Source: an uncultured Oscillospiraceae bacterium
GTDB taxonomy: Bacteria; Bacillota; Clostridia; Christensenellales; CAG-314
DNA: 64,000 bases
Assembly: GCA_964607155.1 (NCBI GenBank)
Contig: CAZSIF010000003.1
Coordinates: forward strand, 19,498 to 83,497
Reading direction: 5' to 3'
Each line of letters opens with the position of its first letter. Position 1 is the first letter of the stretch. The position numbers and the translations under genes were made by a program. Of this stretch, positions 49,448 to 57,605 are shown in pieces. The notes beneath the pieces are model-generated. The model did no database searches. It worked only from the letters and a program-made list of their open reading frames with translations, and was not told the DNA's origin.

Positions 49448-50038
49448 ATGTTTTGTTGTAGACCGACTTGCGGCTCAGGCGGTACAAGCGGCAATAATGG
49501 AAGGATCATCATAATAGAAAGAGGTCCTCGCGGACCGAGAGGGTATACCGGTGCGACAGGAGCACAAGGACCGCAAGGTCCACAGGGACCGACTGGGGCA
49601 ACTGGGGCATCGGGCATAAATGGGCTTGCAAGCTATGGAGGCTTGTATTCATTGTCTGCGACAACACTTGCGCTAACCTCAACGGCAACTCCGTTGACGC
49701 TTTCGGGGCAAATGCCATTATCCAACGTTACCTACGGTTCCGATTCCGTCACGGTGACTAATGGCGGCGTGTATGAGGTGGTGTATCGTCTTTCGGGTTC
49801 GACCTCAGCGGATACAACCCTAACGCTTAGTGTCGGGCAGAACGGCACATCGTTGCCGTCAACGGTGGTTACTCGCGATTTTGTCAGCGGAACGCCTCGC
49901 GAAGTTGGTGGTAGTGTTTTTGTTAGTCTTACGGCGGGCGATACAGTGACCTTACTTGTTGCCGTCACTACGAATGTGACGTTTACGCCGTCTGCAGGAG
50001 TAAACTCAACCTTAACGTTAAAGCAGCTTAGTCAATAA
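49448..50038 (+). CDS. Collagen-like (GXX repeat) protein with a BclA-type C-terminal domain; putative exosporium/spore-surface glycoprotein
   Basis: AAAAGGAGGA SD. The short N-terminus MFCCRPTCGSGG is followed by an uninterrupted GPRGPRGYTGATGAQGPQGPQGPTGATGASGING, then a roughly 130-aa Thr/Ser/Val-rich beta-type domain. Confidence 0.8.
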   Translation: MFCCRPTCGSGGTSGNNGRIIIIERGPRGPRGYTGATGAQGPQGPQGPTGATGASGINGLASYGGLYSLSATTLALTSTATPLTLSGQMPLSNVTYGSDSVTVTNGGVYEVVYRLSGSTSADTTLTLSVGQNGTSLPSTVVTRDFVSGTPREVGGSVFVSLTAGDTVTLLVAVTTNVTFTPSAGVNSTLTLKQLSQ

Positions 50039-50103
50039 CGGCGTGCTTGACGAAGGCGCTTGCTATCATCGTAGAAGTGTTGCAGGTGTACATGCGTTAA
50101 GGT

Positions 50104-50145
50104 AAAAAACGGGCAAGTCATTAAAGGCTTGCCCGTACTTTGTTT
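50104..50145. terminator. Bidirectional terminator between the collagen-like gene and csp
   Basis: ACGGGCAAG (50109-50117) pairs with CTTGCCCGT (50128-50136), with an A run on the left and T-rich sequence on the right. Confidence 0.8.
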
Positions 50146-50150
50146 GTTGA

Positions 50151-50360
50151 CTATTGGATAGGTGTTACGTTTGCTGCGCGCAGCTTTCCGTTTTTGGAGT
50201 CCTCTTCGATTTCAAAGGAAACCTTTTGTCCGTCCTGTAGCGTTTTGTAACCATCAACGTTAATTGCGGAGAAGTGAACGAAAATATCTTCACCGCCCTC
50301 GTCGTTTGCGACAAAACCATAGCCCTTGCTTGCGTTGAACCATTTAACTGTACCTGTCAT
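50151..50360 (-). CDS. Cold-shock protein (CspA family)
   Basis: The start at 50360 follows GAGGAGG and gives [33 protein letters not shown], carrying the RNP1 and RNP2 motifs. Confidence 0.95.
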   Translation of the reverse strand: MTGTVKWFNASKGYGFVANDEGGEDIFVHFSAINVDGYKTLQDGQKVSFEIEEDSKNGKLRAANVTPIQ

Positions 50361-50666
50361 TATACGGTACCTCCTCAATAATTTTCGTAACCGACAAAAA
50401 GAAAAGCGCAATTCAGCAAAAACAACAGTGGTTTATCGCATGTAACGGTGCCGTTCTTATCTTCCATTACCAAGTTATTATAGTTTTTATCATTTTAAAA
50501 GTCAATATTTTTCAATAAAAATAATATTTATTCTACAAAAGTTCATTATTATCGACATATTTTGACATAGATGTTGGATTTTTACTCGATAAGGTTATCA
50601 AGTTGTCGTTTTTTTGATTGTTTTGTTTTTTATATTGATGTACAATAAAAACGAGGAGGTAAGTGT

Positions 50667-51092
50667 ATGCTTATTGCGGTAGTTTTGGGAAATAGATTAA
50701 ACGACGACGGAACGCCATCTAAGATATTGATGGCTCGCTTGCATGCTACGTTACGGCTTATTGCAGACTTAAAGCCAAGCAAGGTTATTTTATCCGGAGG
50801 TGTGGCAAATGTCAAGGCGGGTGTTGCTGAGGCTGCGGTAATGAAGGCTTATTTGATGGACCACGGCGTTGATGAAAAATTGCTGATAACGGAGGATAAA
50901 TCGCTGACTACAAAGCAAAACGCCAAGTTATCTGTGCCTATTGCGTTGCAGCTCGGTGCTACGGAACTGTTGCTTAGCACCTCGTGCGAGCACTTGTGCA
51001 GAACCTATCATAATCCTATAAAGCTGTTTGCTGCCGAGCTTAAGGGAAGCGGTGTAAAGCTTTCCGTGTATGGTAGTGACATAAATTTATGA
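50667..51092 (+). CDS. DUF218/YdcF-family protein
   Basis: 141 aa. The content ...VILSGGVANVKAGVAEAAVMKAYLMDHGVDEKLLITEDKSLTTKQNA is typical of the family. Confidence 0.7.
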   Translation: MLIAVVLGNRLNDDGTPSKILMARLHATLRLIADLKPSKVILSGGVANVKAGVAEAAVMKAYLMDHGVDEKLLITEDKSLTTKQNAKLSVPIALQLGATELLLSTSCEHLCRTYHNPIKLFAAELKGSGVKLSVYGSDINL

Positions 51093-51283
51093 TTTTTTCT
51101 GTTTTTCAATAAAGGGAATAGCTGTGAGTTGTGAAATGCACCCCAAAAAAAGTTAAATAAATTTTTTTTGGGGGCACTTCAATTTGACTATTCTTTGGGA
51201 AAAACAAAGCTCTTGTACTGCTCGTATTGGCTTTTTGCGAAGCAATCAACGATTTTTTTTGACGATTTGCGATATATACATTA

Positions 51284-51316
51284 AAAAGGCGCATCTGTTT
51301 TTCAGGTGCGCCTTTT
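51284..51316. terminator. Hairpin terminator downstream of mgtE
   Basis: AAAAGGCGCATCTG pairs with CAGGTGCGCCTTTT (one mismatch). Confidence 0.7.
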
Positions 51317-51350
51317 GTGTTTGATTTGCAGTTATCTTGTGGCTTGCAGA

Positions 51351-52727
51351 TTATATTGCGGGCAAAACAGACAGTGCGATTTTGCAAAAAATCATCAGCG
51401 ACAACGCGTCTACGATTGTTGTGATAACTGGACTTGCCACAACGGCAGGGTCAAGCTTGAGTGTTTTAGCAAGCAACGGCATAAGAGAACCGACAAGCTT
51501 GGCTATTACGACGGTTAAAAATAGTGATAGCGAGATTACAAAGCAAAGCTCAAATGTATAGGCATACTGAAAAATCAGTCGGTCAATAAGTATCAGTTTT
51601 GCAAAACAAGCTACGGCAAGAGCAAAACCGAGTATAAGCGAAACTCTAAATTCCTTCCAGACTACCCTTAGGCAATCTCTCGGGTGAACTTCGTCCAAGG
51701 CGAGCCCTCTTATCAGCGTGACGGAAGCCTGTCCGCCTGCATTTCCGCCTGTATCCATAAGCATCGGAACGCACGCAAAAAGCAGTGTGCTAAGGCTGTT
51801 GAGTGCGCTTTCGTAGTGGTTAATAATAAGTCCTGTAAAGGTTGCGGAAATCATGAGTATCAGCAACCACGGCAGACGGCTTTTGCAAGTTTGCCAAACG
51901 GTTTGTAGTAGATAGGGCTCGTCGGTGGGCGTGATTGCTGCCATTATCGCCATATCCTCTGTTGCCTCATCTTCGACGACATCCAGTACGTCGTCTACGG
52001 TTATTATGCCGACAATACGATTTTCCGTATCGACGACGGGTATTGCCGAAAGGTCGTACTTGGACATCTGCTGTGCCACAAGCTCTTTGTCGTCGTTTGT
52101 TTGCACGGATAGCACGTTGGTTTCCATCATATCGGCAACTATTGTTTCGTAGCTGCTGAGCAAAAGTTGCTTTACTGTTACCGTGCCTATAAGTCTACGC
52201 GTTTCGTCGGTGACGTAGCAGTTGTAGATGGTTTCCTTGTCGACGGCTTCCTGTCGTATGCGGTCAAAGCATTCTTTGACTGTCCAGCCCTTTTTGAGGC
52301 TGACGTACTCGACCGTCATAATCGTGCCTGCGCTATCTTGCGGATATTTGAGTATTTCGTTGATTTGCTTGCGCGTTTCCGGATCTGATTGGTTGATGAT
52401 GCGTTTGACGACGCTTGCCGGCATTTCTTCGATAATATCTACGGTATCATCCAAAAACATTTCGTCGAAAATAGCTTTTAATTCCGCGTCTGAAAAACTG
52501 TTTAATAGAAGTTCCTGACTGTCGGAGGACATCTCGACAAATGCTTCTGCGGCATTTTCCTTGGAAAGTAATCGAAAAATTATAGGCAGCTCCTTTTCCG
52601 GCAACAGCTCGAGTAATTGAGCCGTGTCCTGTGCTTTTTCGCAGTTTATCAAGCTTTTTATTTCTCTGTAGTTCTTTTTTTGTAAAAGCTCTGTAATTTT
52701 TTGTGCGTATTCAAGCAAATTTTTCAT
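51351..52727 (-). CDS. mgtE: Magnesium transporter MgtE
   Basis: 458 aa. N-domain, tandem CBS domains and a C-terminal five-TM region (PMLMDTGGNAGGQAS). AAAGGAGG SD. Confidence 0.93.
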   Translation of the reverse strand: MKNLLEYAQKITELLQKKNYREIKSLINCEKAQDTAQLLELLPEKELPIIFRLLSKENAAEAFVEMSSDSQELLLNSFSDAELKAIFDEMFLDDTVDIIEEMPASVVKRIINQSDPETRKQINEILKYPQDSAGTIMTVEYVSLKKGWTVKECFDRIRQEAVDKETIYNCYVTDETRRLIGTVTVKQLLLSSYETIVADMMETNVLSVQTNDDKELVAQQMSKYDLSAIPVVDTENRIVGIITVDDVLDVVEDEATEDMAIMAAITPTDEPYLLQTVWQTCKSRLPWLLILMISATFTGLIINHYESALNSLSTLLFACVPMLMDTGGNAGGQASVTLIRGLALDEVHPRDCLRVVWKEFRVSLILGFALAVACFAKLILIDRLIFQYAYTFELCFVISLSLFLTVVIAKLVGSLMPLLAKTLKLDPAVVASPVITTIVDALSLMIFCKIALSVLPAI

Positions 52728-52768
52728 GTTAACCTCCTTTGCCGTGTTAGTCGATAGTCGGCGAAAAT

Positions 52769-52995
52769 AAAAAAATCCGCAGCCTGTAATAATAGCCGCA
52801 GATACCTGACCGTTTCAAACAAAATTGACGGAAACGTCGTCCTACCATTACAAGCTTTAGCATCACGGGGCGATGAAATTGCATTAGGTTATGCCTTGGT
52901 TTCGACATATCCTGCTAACCATACGTTGCGTGTCTCCACGCGTAAAGTCGGTAGCAATCCGTATCCCTGTGGTAGCCTCACCTACCGGATAACTA
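52769..52995 (-). promoter_or_regulatory. M-box (ykoK-type) magnesium riboswitch with terminator
   Basis: The transcript strand reads GGTAGGTGAGGCTACCACAGGGATACGGATTGCTACCG...CCGTGATGCTAAAGCTTGTAATGGTAGGACGACG. This matches the conserved AGGUGAGGCU and GUGCUAAAGCU blocks of the B. subtilis mgtE M-box. The 52776-52803 stem plus a U7 run forms the expression platform. Confidence 0.85.
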
Positions 52996-53010
52996 TTTTA
53001 TTGTGTCTTT

Positions 53011-53039
53011 AGTATATACCGATTTGTCGAGGGTGTCAA
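53011..53039 (-). promoter_or_regulatory. Sigma-A promoter for the M-box/mgtE transcript
   Basis: On the minus strand: TTGACA (53039-53034), a 17-nt spacer, then TATACT (53016-53011). Confidence 0.65.
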
Positions 53040-53341
53040 CGCTTTTTTGATAAATAATATGCCGTCGATAATATTTTTGACACGTTGGTTTGGGGCTCGT
53101 CAAAGTGTTTGCGAGTGTCTTTGCGATAAAACGGATAAGTTGTACATATAAGCGGAACGTTTATAGCGTTTGTGGCAGCACTAAACTTGGAATGCTTAAT
53201 GCGGCGGTGGTGACTTGTGGTGTTATTTAACGATATAAACAATTGTGTCGTTGCTTTATTTGCCGTGCTGTAAGTTTGTCTATGGTGATGGGTTTGTGAG
53301 CGTTGGTCGTGTGCTGTGTATATATCGCCAAAAATAAACAT

Positions 53342-53431
53342 TTCGAGCAAAAAACAGACGGAATATGTTGTGTTTTCGACGAATATCGACGCTATATGCG
53401 AAAAACATATAAAAGCTTTTGTATTTCGACT
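53342..53431 (+). promoter_or_regulatory. Cluster of 0A-box-like heptamers upstream of spo0A
   Basis: TTCGAGC (53342), TTCGACG (53375), ATCGACG (53385) and TTCGACT (53425) lie in one orientation. Three match the 0A-box complement TTCGACA at 6 of 7 positions and TTCGAGC at 5 of 7. Two are 10 bp apart. TGCTAAAAT, an extended -10, follows at 53440-53448. Confidence 0.35.
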
Positions 53432-53480
53432 GTGCGATTATGCTAAAATATGCTTGCAAAACAGAATGCGGGAGGTAATA

Positions 53481-54209
53481 ATGATAAGAATAGGATTAAT
53501 TTCACAAAACGGCTTGAAGGAAAAGCTTGATGAAAATGAGCAATTTAAGGTCGTTTTTGACGTTGAGGGCAGCGAGGCGCGTAAAAGTTTGGAGAGTGTG
53601 CCCTGTGATGTGGTCATAACTGAGTTGATGATGTCGGGTGAAGATGGTTACGCTCTTTTGGAAAAGTATCGCGACATTAATTTTATCGTTGCGTCGGAGC
53701 TTAAAAGTGAGGTGTTTGTCGTAAAGGCATTGGATTTGGGCGCAAGGTATTATCTTGTCAAGCCTCTGGAGTATGGCGTTTTGGAACAGCGCATTCGTAA
53801 CGTCGCGGAGGGTGACAGACTGGGAGCAAAGCTTGTCAAAAAGCGTAGTGTGTCGGAAAAGACTTTGGATGAACGCATCAGTAATATTTTTGTGAGCGTC
53901 GGTATACCCGCACATATCAAGGGTTATCAATTTTTGCGTGAAGGTATCAAGCTTGCTGTTGACGATCCGCCGATTATCAACGCAATAACAAAATCGCTGT
54001 ATCCGTCCATTGCTAAGCGTTTCGATACAACGCCGAGCAAGGTGGAACGTGCAATACGGCATGCAATCGAAGTGGCTTGGAATAGGGGCAAAATCGAAAA
54101 TATCAACAGCGTGTTTGGCATCAAGGTATACTCCTCGTCGGAAAAACCAACCAATGGTGAATTCATTGCGTTACTGGCGGATAAAATGCTGTTGGAATGC
54201 GCTTATTGA
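53481..54209 (+). CDS. spo0A: Sporulation master regulator Spo0A with a degenerate receiver domain
   Basis: The ATG at 53481 follows GGGAGGT. The C-terminal domain is canonical (HIKGYQFLREGI...TTPSKVERAIRHAIEVAWNRG...KPTNGEFIALLADKM). In the receiver, SQ replaces the DD pair and E replaces the phospho-acceptor Asp (DVVITELMMSGEDG). Confidence 0.88.
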   Translation: MIRIGLISQNGLKEKLDENEQFKVVFDVEGSEARKSLESVPCDVVITELMMSGEDGYALLEKYRDINFIVASELKSEVFVVKALDLGARYYLVKPLEYGVLEQRIRNVAEGDRLGAKLVKKRSVSEKTLDERISNIFVSVGIPAHIKGYQFLREGIKLAVDDPPIINAITKSLYPSIAKRFDTTPSKVERAIRHAIEVAWNRGKIENINSVFGIKVYSSSEKPTNGEFIALLADKMLLECAY

Positions 54210-54299
54210 AAAATGAAAAAACGTAGATTTTTTTAGCTAAACGGTTGCAAATATCTATGCTCTGTGTTACAATATTTCAAGTGAAAAAGGAGAGTTGTA

Positions 54300-54887
54300 A
54301 TGCAGTACTTAAAGAAGGAAATACGCGAAAGAATTTTGACGGCAGCGGTGGAGGAATTTAAGACGCACGGCTACTCGGACGCATCTATCAGGAATATTGC
54401 CAATAATGCGGAAATTTCACTGGGCAATGTTTACAGGTATTTTACCAACAAGGAAGCCTTGTATTTTGCCGTTATCAATCCGTTTATGGAAAGTATAAAG
54501 CAATATATTGAAAGGGACTTTAGTTTTCAGGGTAAAACGATGAGTGAGGTTGCCGATACGTTATTGGCATTTCTCGTCCAATACAGCGATGAAATTTTAA
54601 TTATTCGTAAGGGTAACACTATCCATCAGGAATCCTTTATTAAGTACATGGTAAAGGTCATCGCGGAAAAGCTCAATGAACTTATTGATGTTTCTTTTCC
54701 GGAAATCGGCAAAAAAATTTCCAACCCCGATTTCTGTGACGCCGTGGCGGAGGGCTTTTTAACAAGTCTTTTTGATGTGTTGCAAAAGGGCGACGAGCGT
54801 GAAATGAAAGAGCGTTATGCTCGCGAGCTTGTCACATTCTATTTCGGACATTTAATCGATAGGTTTAACCATTTCGATTTGGATTAA
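54300..54887 (+). CDS. TetR/AcrR family transcriptional regulator
   Basis: RERILTAAVEEFKTHGYSDASIRNIANNAEISLGNVYRYFTNKEALY is a TetR-type HTH. Confidence 0.85.
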   Translation: MQYLKKEIRERILTAAVEEFKTHGYSDASIRNIANNAEISLGNVYRYFTNKEALYFAVINPFMESIKQYIERDFSFQGKTMSEVADTLLAFLVQYSDEILIIRKGNTIHQESFIKYMVKVIAEKLNELIDVSFPEIGKKISNPDFCDAVAEGFLTSLFDVLQKGDEREMKERYARELVTFYFGHLIDRFNHFDLD

Positions 54888-54912
54888 TTGTGAAAAATTA
54901 AACAGCTTTTTT

Positions 54913-54946
54913 ACTCCGAGGGAATATTCCTTCGGAGTTTTTTTTG
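54913..54946 (+). terminator. Rho-independent terminator
   Basis: ACTCCGAGGG pairs with CCTTCGGAGT, followed by T9. Confidence 0.8.
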
Positions 54947-55248
54947 TGCGTTGCGCTTCATAAAGAGAACCTGCCGCATATAGATTAGTGGCGCAGTTGA
55001 GGTGGACAGTTAAGTTGTCGACGTCGAAATGGGCGTTGCCGTTGTGATGTGTTTGTGTGTGGACGCAAGCGTAAAACGAGCTTTTATTGCGTGTTTTTGC
55101 CTATATTACAACGGAAAATGCACTTTTATAAGTTACTATTACACTCATAATTCTGTATTATGCGCTATTTATGCAATAATCAGGCGTTCTTTGACACGTT
55201 TTTTTCGTGTGAGGCATATAGATATAATGACTGTTAAAGGAGGTCTGT

Positions 55249-55887
55249 ATGTCAGGTAATTTGGAAGGCAACAGCTGCAGCGAAAAGATATGTATTCAGG
55301 CAAAAAAGGTTTTTGATGCTTGCATGAAGCAAACTACGCTACAGCAAATAACGGTAAATGTAACGGGGGTTACGCCGACCTCTCCGGAAACGCCGTTACG
55401 ATTTGTTAGTTGTAAAAGCACATCGACGGTGGGGGACGTTCAAAAACTTGTGGTCGAACGTTTGCAGGAGCGTCCGCGCTACGGCAGAGTAGAGGCGGAT
55501 ATCGTTGTCCCCGTGGAGGTTACTTATGTCGATTCAAACAATGTCGAGGGCAGCGGCACAGGGAGTGTAACCGTTCCTGTGGACGTGGTTATGTATTTGC
55601 CTGAGCCGTCTATTATTCCATATAGGATAGAGGCGAGCGTATCGGCTATAAGTCCGGACGGGGATTATAGTCAAACTCAGGTAATTGATGGTGTTACAAA
55701 TTACATATTTATTGTTAACTGTTGCGTCACTACGATACTCAAGGTGACTATGGATGTGGAGCTTATTGTGCCGAGCTACGGCTATGCGGTCATACCTCCG
55801 TGTCAGGAATACACAGAGGAGGTTTGCTCTGGCTATTTTGAATTGCCGCTTTATCCCGGAGGTAGGGGCGGCGGCACTAACGTGTAA
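55249..55887 (+). CDS. Hypothetical Cys-containing protein (possibly spore-associated)
   Basis: 212 aa. AAAGGAGG SD. N-terminal CSEKICIQAKKVFDAC, a beta-strand-rich middle section, and a C-terminal CQEYTEEVCSGYFELPLYPGGRGGG. I recognise no family. Confidence 0.55.
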   Translation: MSGNLEGNSCSEKICIQAKKVFDACMKQTTLQQITVNVTGVTPTSPETPLRFVSCKSTSTVGDVQKLVVERLQERPRYGRVEADIVVPVEVTYVDSNNVEGSGTGSVTVPVDVVMYLPEPSIIPYRIEASVSAISPDGDYSQTQVIDGVTNYIFIVNCCVTTILKVTMDVELIVPSYGYAVIPPCQEYTEEVCSGYFELPLYPGGRGGGTNV

Positions 55888-56002
55888 TAATAAGTTGCTA
55901 CTTATTTGATTGATTTTGCGGCAGGTCTGTTTTGAGGGCAGGTCTGCCGTATCTGCTTGTAACAAAAAAAGCAGCAAATTCATACTGTACAACGGGTTCG
56001 GA

Positions 56003-56248
56003 GTGGCTGCGTTGAAGTACAAAAAATGTCCGAGGTGCGGTTTGAATTATATTCTTTTAGATAGAGAGTTGTGTGATGTTTGTCGTAATGAACTTGTTGG
56101 TATAAAAAGCATTTTCGATGACGAATTCGATTGTTTTGTGTGCCCGATTTGTTTGAAAAACAAAATCGGTGAGGATGACGTGATGTGTGATAGGTGTAGG
56201 CTAAAAAGAATGCGCTCTGAAATTACGGATGATAGTATTCTCGATTAA
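56003..56248 (+). CDS. Small zinc-ribbon protein with four CxxC motifs
   Basis: CPRC, CDVC, CPIC and CDRC are all present. The start is uncertain: GTG at 56003 or TTG at 56012. The 5' part of the ORF-track model from 55910 looks non-coding. Confidence 0.5.
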   Translation: MAALKYKKCPRCGLNYILLDRELCDVCRNELVGIKSIFDDEFDCFVCPICLKNKIGEDDVMCDRCRLKRMRSEITDDSILD

Positions 56249-56354
56249 GTCATTTGCACTGAACGTAGACATGCGGCGTGTTTTTGAGTTCTAAAAATAA
56301 TGCTCAAATTAATTTTGGTAGACATGGCGCGTATTTTTGTGATATACTTATTAA

Positions 56355-57050
56355 ATGAAAGTATTTGCTATAAGTGATTTGCATTTATCCGCAGCCTGTA
56401 ACAAACCGATGAATGTTTTTGGCGCAAGCTGGGATAACTATTTCGAACAGATTTGCGCGGACTGGACTGAAAAAGTGTCTGATGATGACCTTGTTTTGTT
56501 GCCGGGCGATTTTTCGTGGGCAATGCGCATGGAGGAGGCATTGCTCGATTTTGACCGAGTTGCCGCCTTGCCGGGGAAAAAGGTTATATTGCGCGGAAAT
56601 CACGATTATTGGTGGAACACATTAACGCAGGTTCGCAATGCTTTGCCGAGTGGCTTTTTTGCGCTACAAAACGATTGCTTTAGATTTGGCGATATACTTA
56701 TATGCGGTACTCGCGGTTGGATTTGTCCCGATGGAAACAACCTTTCCGCTGAGGATAAAAAAATATATCTTCGTGAAACAGAGCGACTAAAGCTATCCCT
56801 TGCCGATATGCAAAAGCAACGCTGTCCCGCGGACAAGGTGATTGCAATAATGCATTACCCGCCTTTCAATGGCAGGTACGAGGCGTCTGATTTTATTAGT
56901 CAATTTGTTGCTGCCGAGGTGTCGACGGTGGTATACGGGCATCTGCATGGAAAGGATTGCCGAGCCAACTTGTTTTTTAATAAATTCGGTATAGATTTTT
57001 ATCTGACCAGCTGCGACTTGGTTGGCAACAAGCTTGTTCGTATTTTATAG
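56355..57050 (+). CDS. Metallophosphoesterase
   Basis: Begins MKVFAISDLHLS, with GDFSW, GNHDYWW and GHLHG motifs. Confidence 0.8.
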   Translation: MKVFAISDLHLSAACNKPMNVFGASWDNYFEQICADWTEKVSDDDLVLLPGDFSWAMRMEEALLDFDRVAALPGKKVILRGNHDYWWNTLTQVRNALPSGFFALQNDCFRFGDILICGTRGWICPDGNNLSAEDKKIYLRETERLKLSLADMQKQRCPADKVIAIMHYPPFNGRYEASDFISQFVAAEVSTVVYGHLHGKDCRANLFFNKFGIDFYLTSCDLVGNKLVRIL

Positions 57051-57173
57051 TTGAGTTTCACGATACTTGCGCGATTTGTGCTTTGGCGATGGTAGGTTAA
57101 GGTCGATGCGTGACGTAAGCCTTAAACCGTAAACGAATGAACACTTGTAAATTAATAGTTATTTTTTATCAGT

Positions 57174-57201
57174 AGAGCTCGGTGTAATTACCGAGCTTTT
57201 T
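57174..57201 (+). terminator. Rho-independent terminator
   Basis: AGAGCTCGGT-GTAATT-ACCGAGCTTT followed by a T run. Confidence 0.7.
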
Positions 57202-57530
57202 GCTATTATAATTCCTGTGGCATCGACGATTCGTTCTAAAAATGTTTGTTTTGGGGAGTGCTTGTTCGCGGTGGTGTAGTGCTTTTAAGCGTGTGGTTCT
57301 CATCATATAGAAATGGCTAAATTAAAAATGAACACATCGAACAAAAGTGCTAAATTGCAAGGTCCATTTTTGTCGCAATGGACATCGTTAAAATTGTTTA
57401 GAAAATATGTTCGATAAATATGTTTCGGGCGAGATATCGGCGACAATTAAAAATGAAACTGAAATACTTGAATTTTTTATTTAAGGTTGTTTTTGTTATA
57501 TCTTTTGTATTTTTCTATTTTTTTTTGAAA

Positions 57531-57560
57531 AAATGGTTAAAAATGGTTGAAAATGGTTTG
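57531..57560 (+). promoter_or_regulatory. Three tandem 10-bp repeats (AAATGGTTNN); candidate MraZ boxes
   Basis: AAATGGTTAA, AAATGGTTGA and AAATGGTTTG are exactly 10-bp phased and overlap the -35 element of the mraZ promoter. Confidence 0.5.
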
Positions 57561-57575
57561 GGTTTATGTTAGAAT
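57547..57575 (+). promoter_or_regulatory. Sigma-A promoter of the dcw cluster (Pmra)
   Basis: TTGAAA (57547-57552), a 17-nt spacer with TG at 57567-57568, then TAGAAT (57570-57575). Confidence 0.6.
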
Positions 57576-57605
57576 ATTTTTACAAGAATCCAGAGGTGAA
57601 GTTTC

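Noticed and set aside
49509-49620. Triplet-periodic repeat region that could be mistaken for a tandem repeat or CRISPR-like array.
   Set aside because: The periodicity is 9 or 3 nt and encodes GXX collagen triplets within a well-supported ORF. The antisense Pro/Val/Ala ORFs (49426-49617 and 49509-49718) are mirror artefacts.
53036-53350. 104-aa minus-strand ORF between the M-box and spo0A.
   Set aside because: It overlaps the mgtE promoter hexamers and the spo0A upstream region, has no SD, and has His/Thr/Gln-rich low-complexity sequence.
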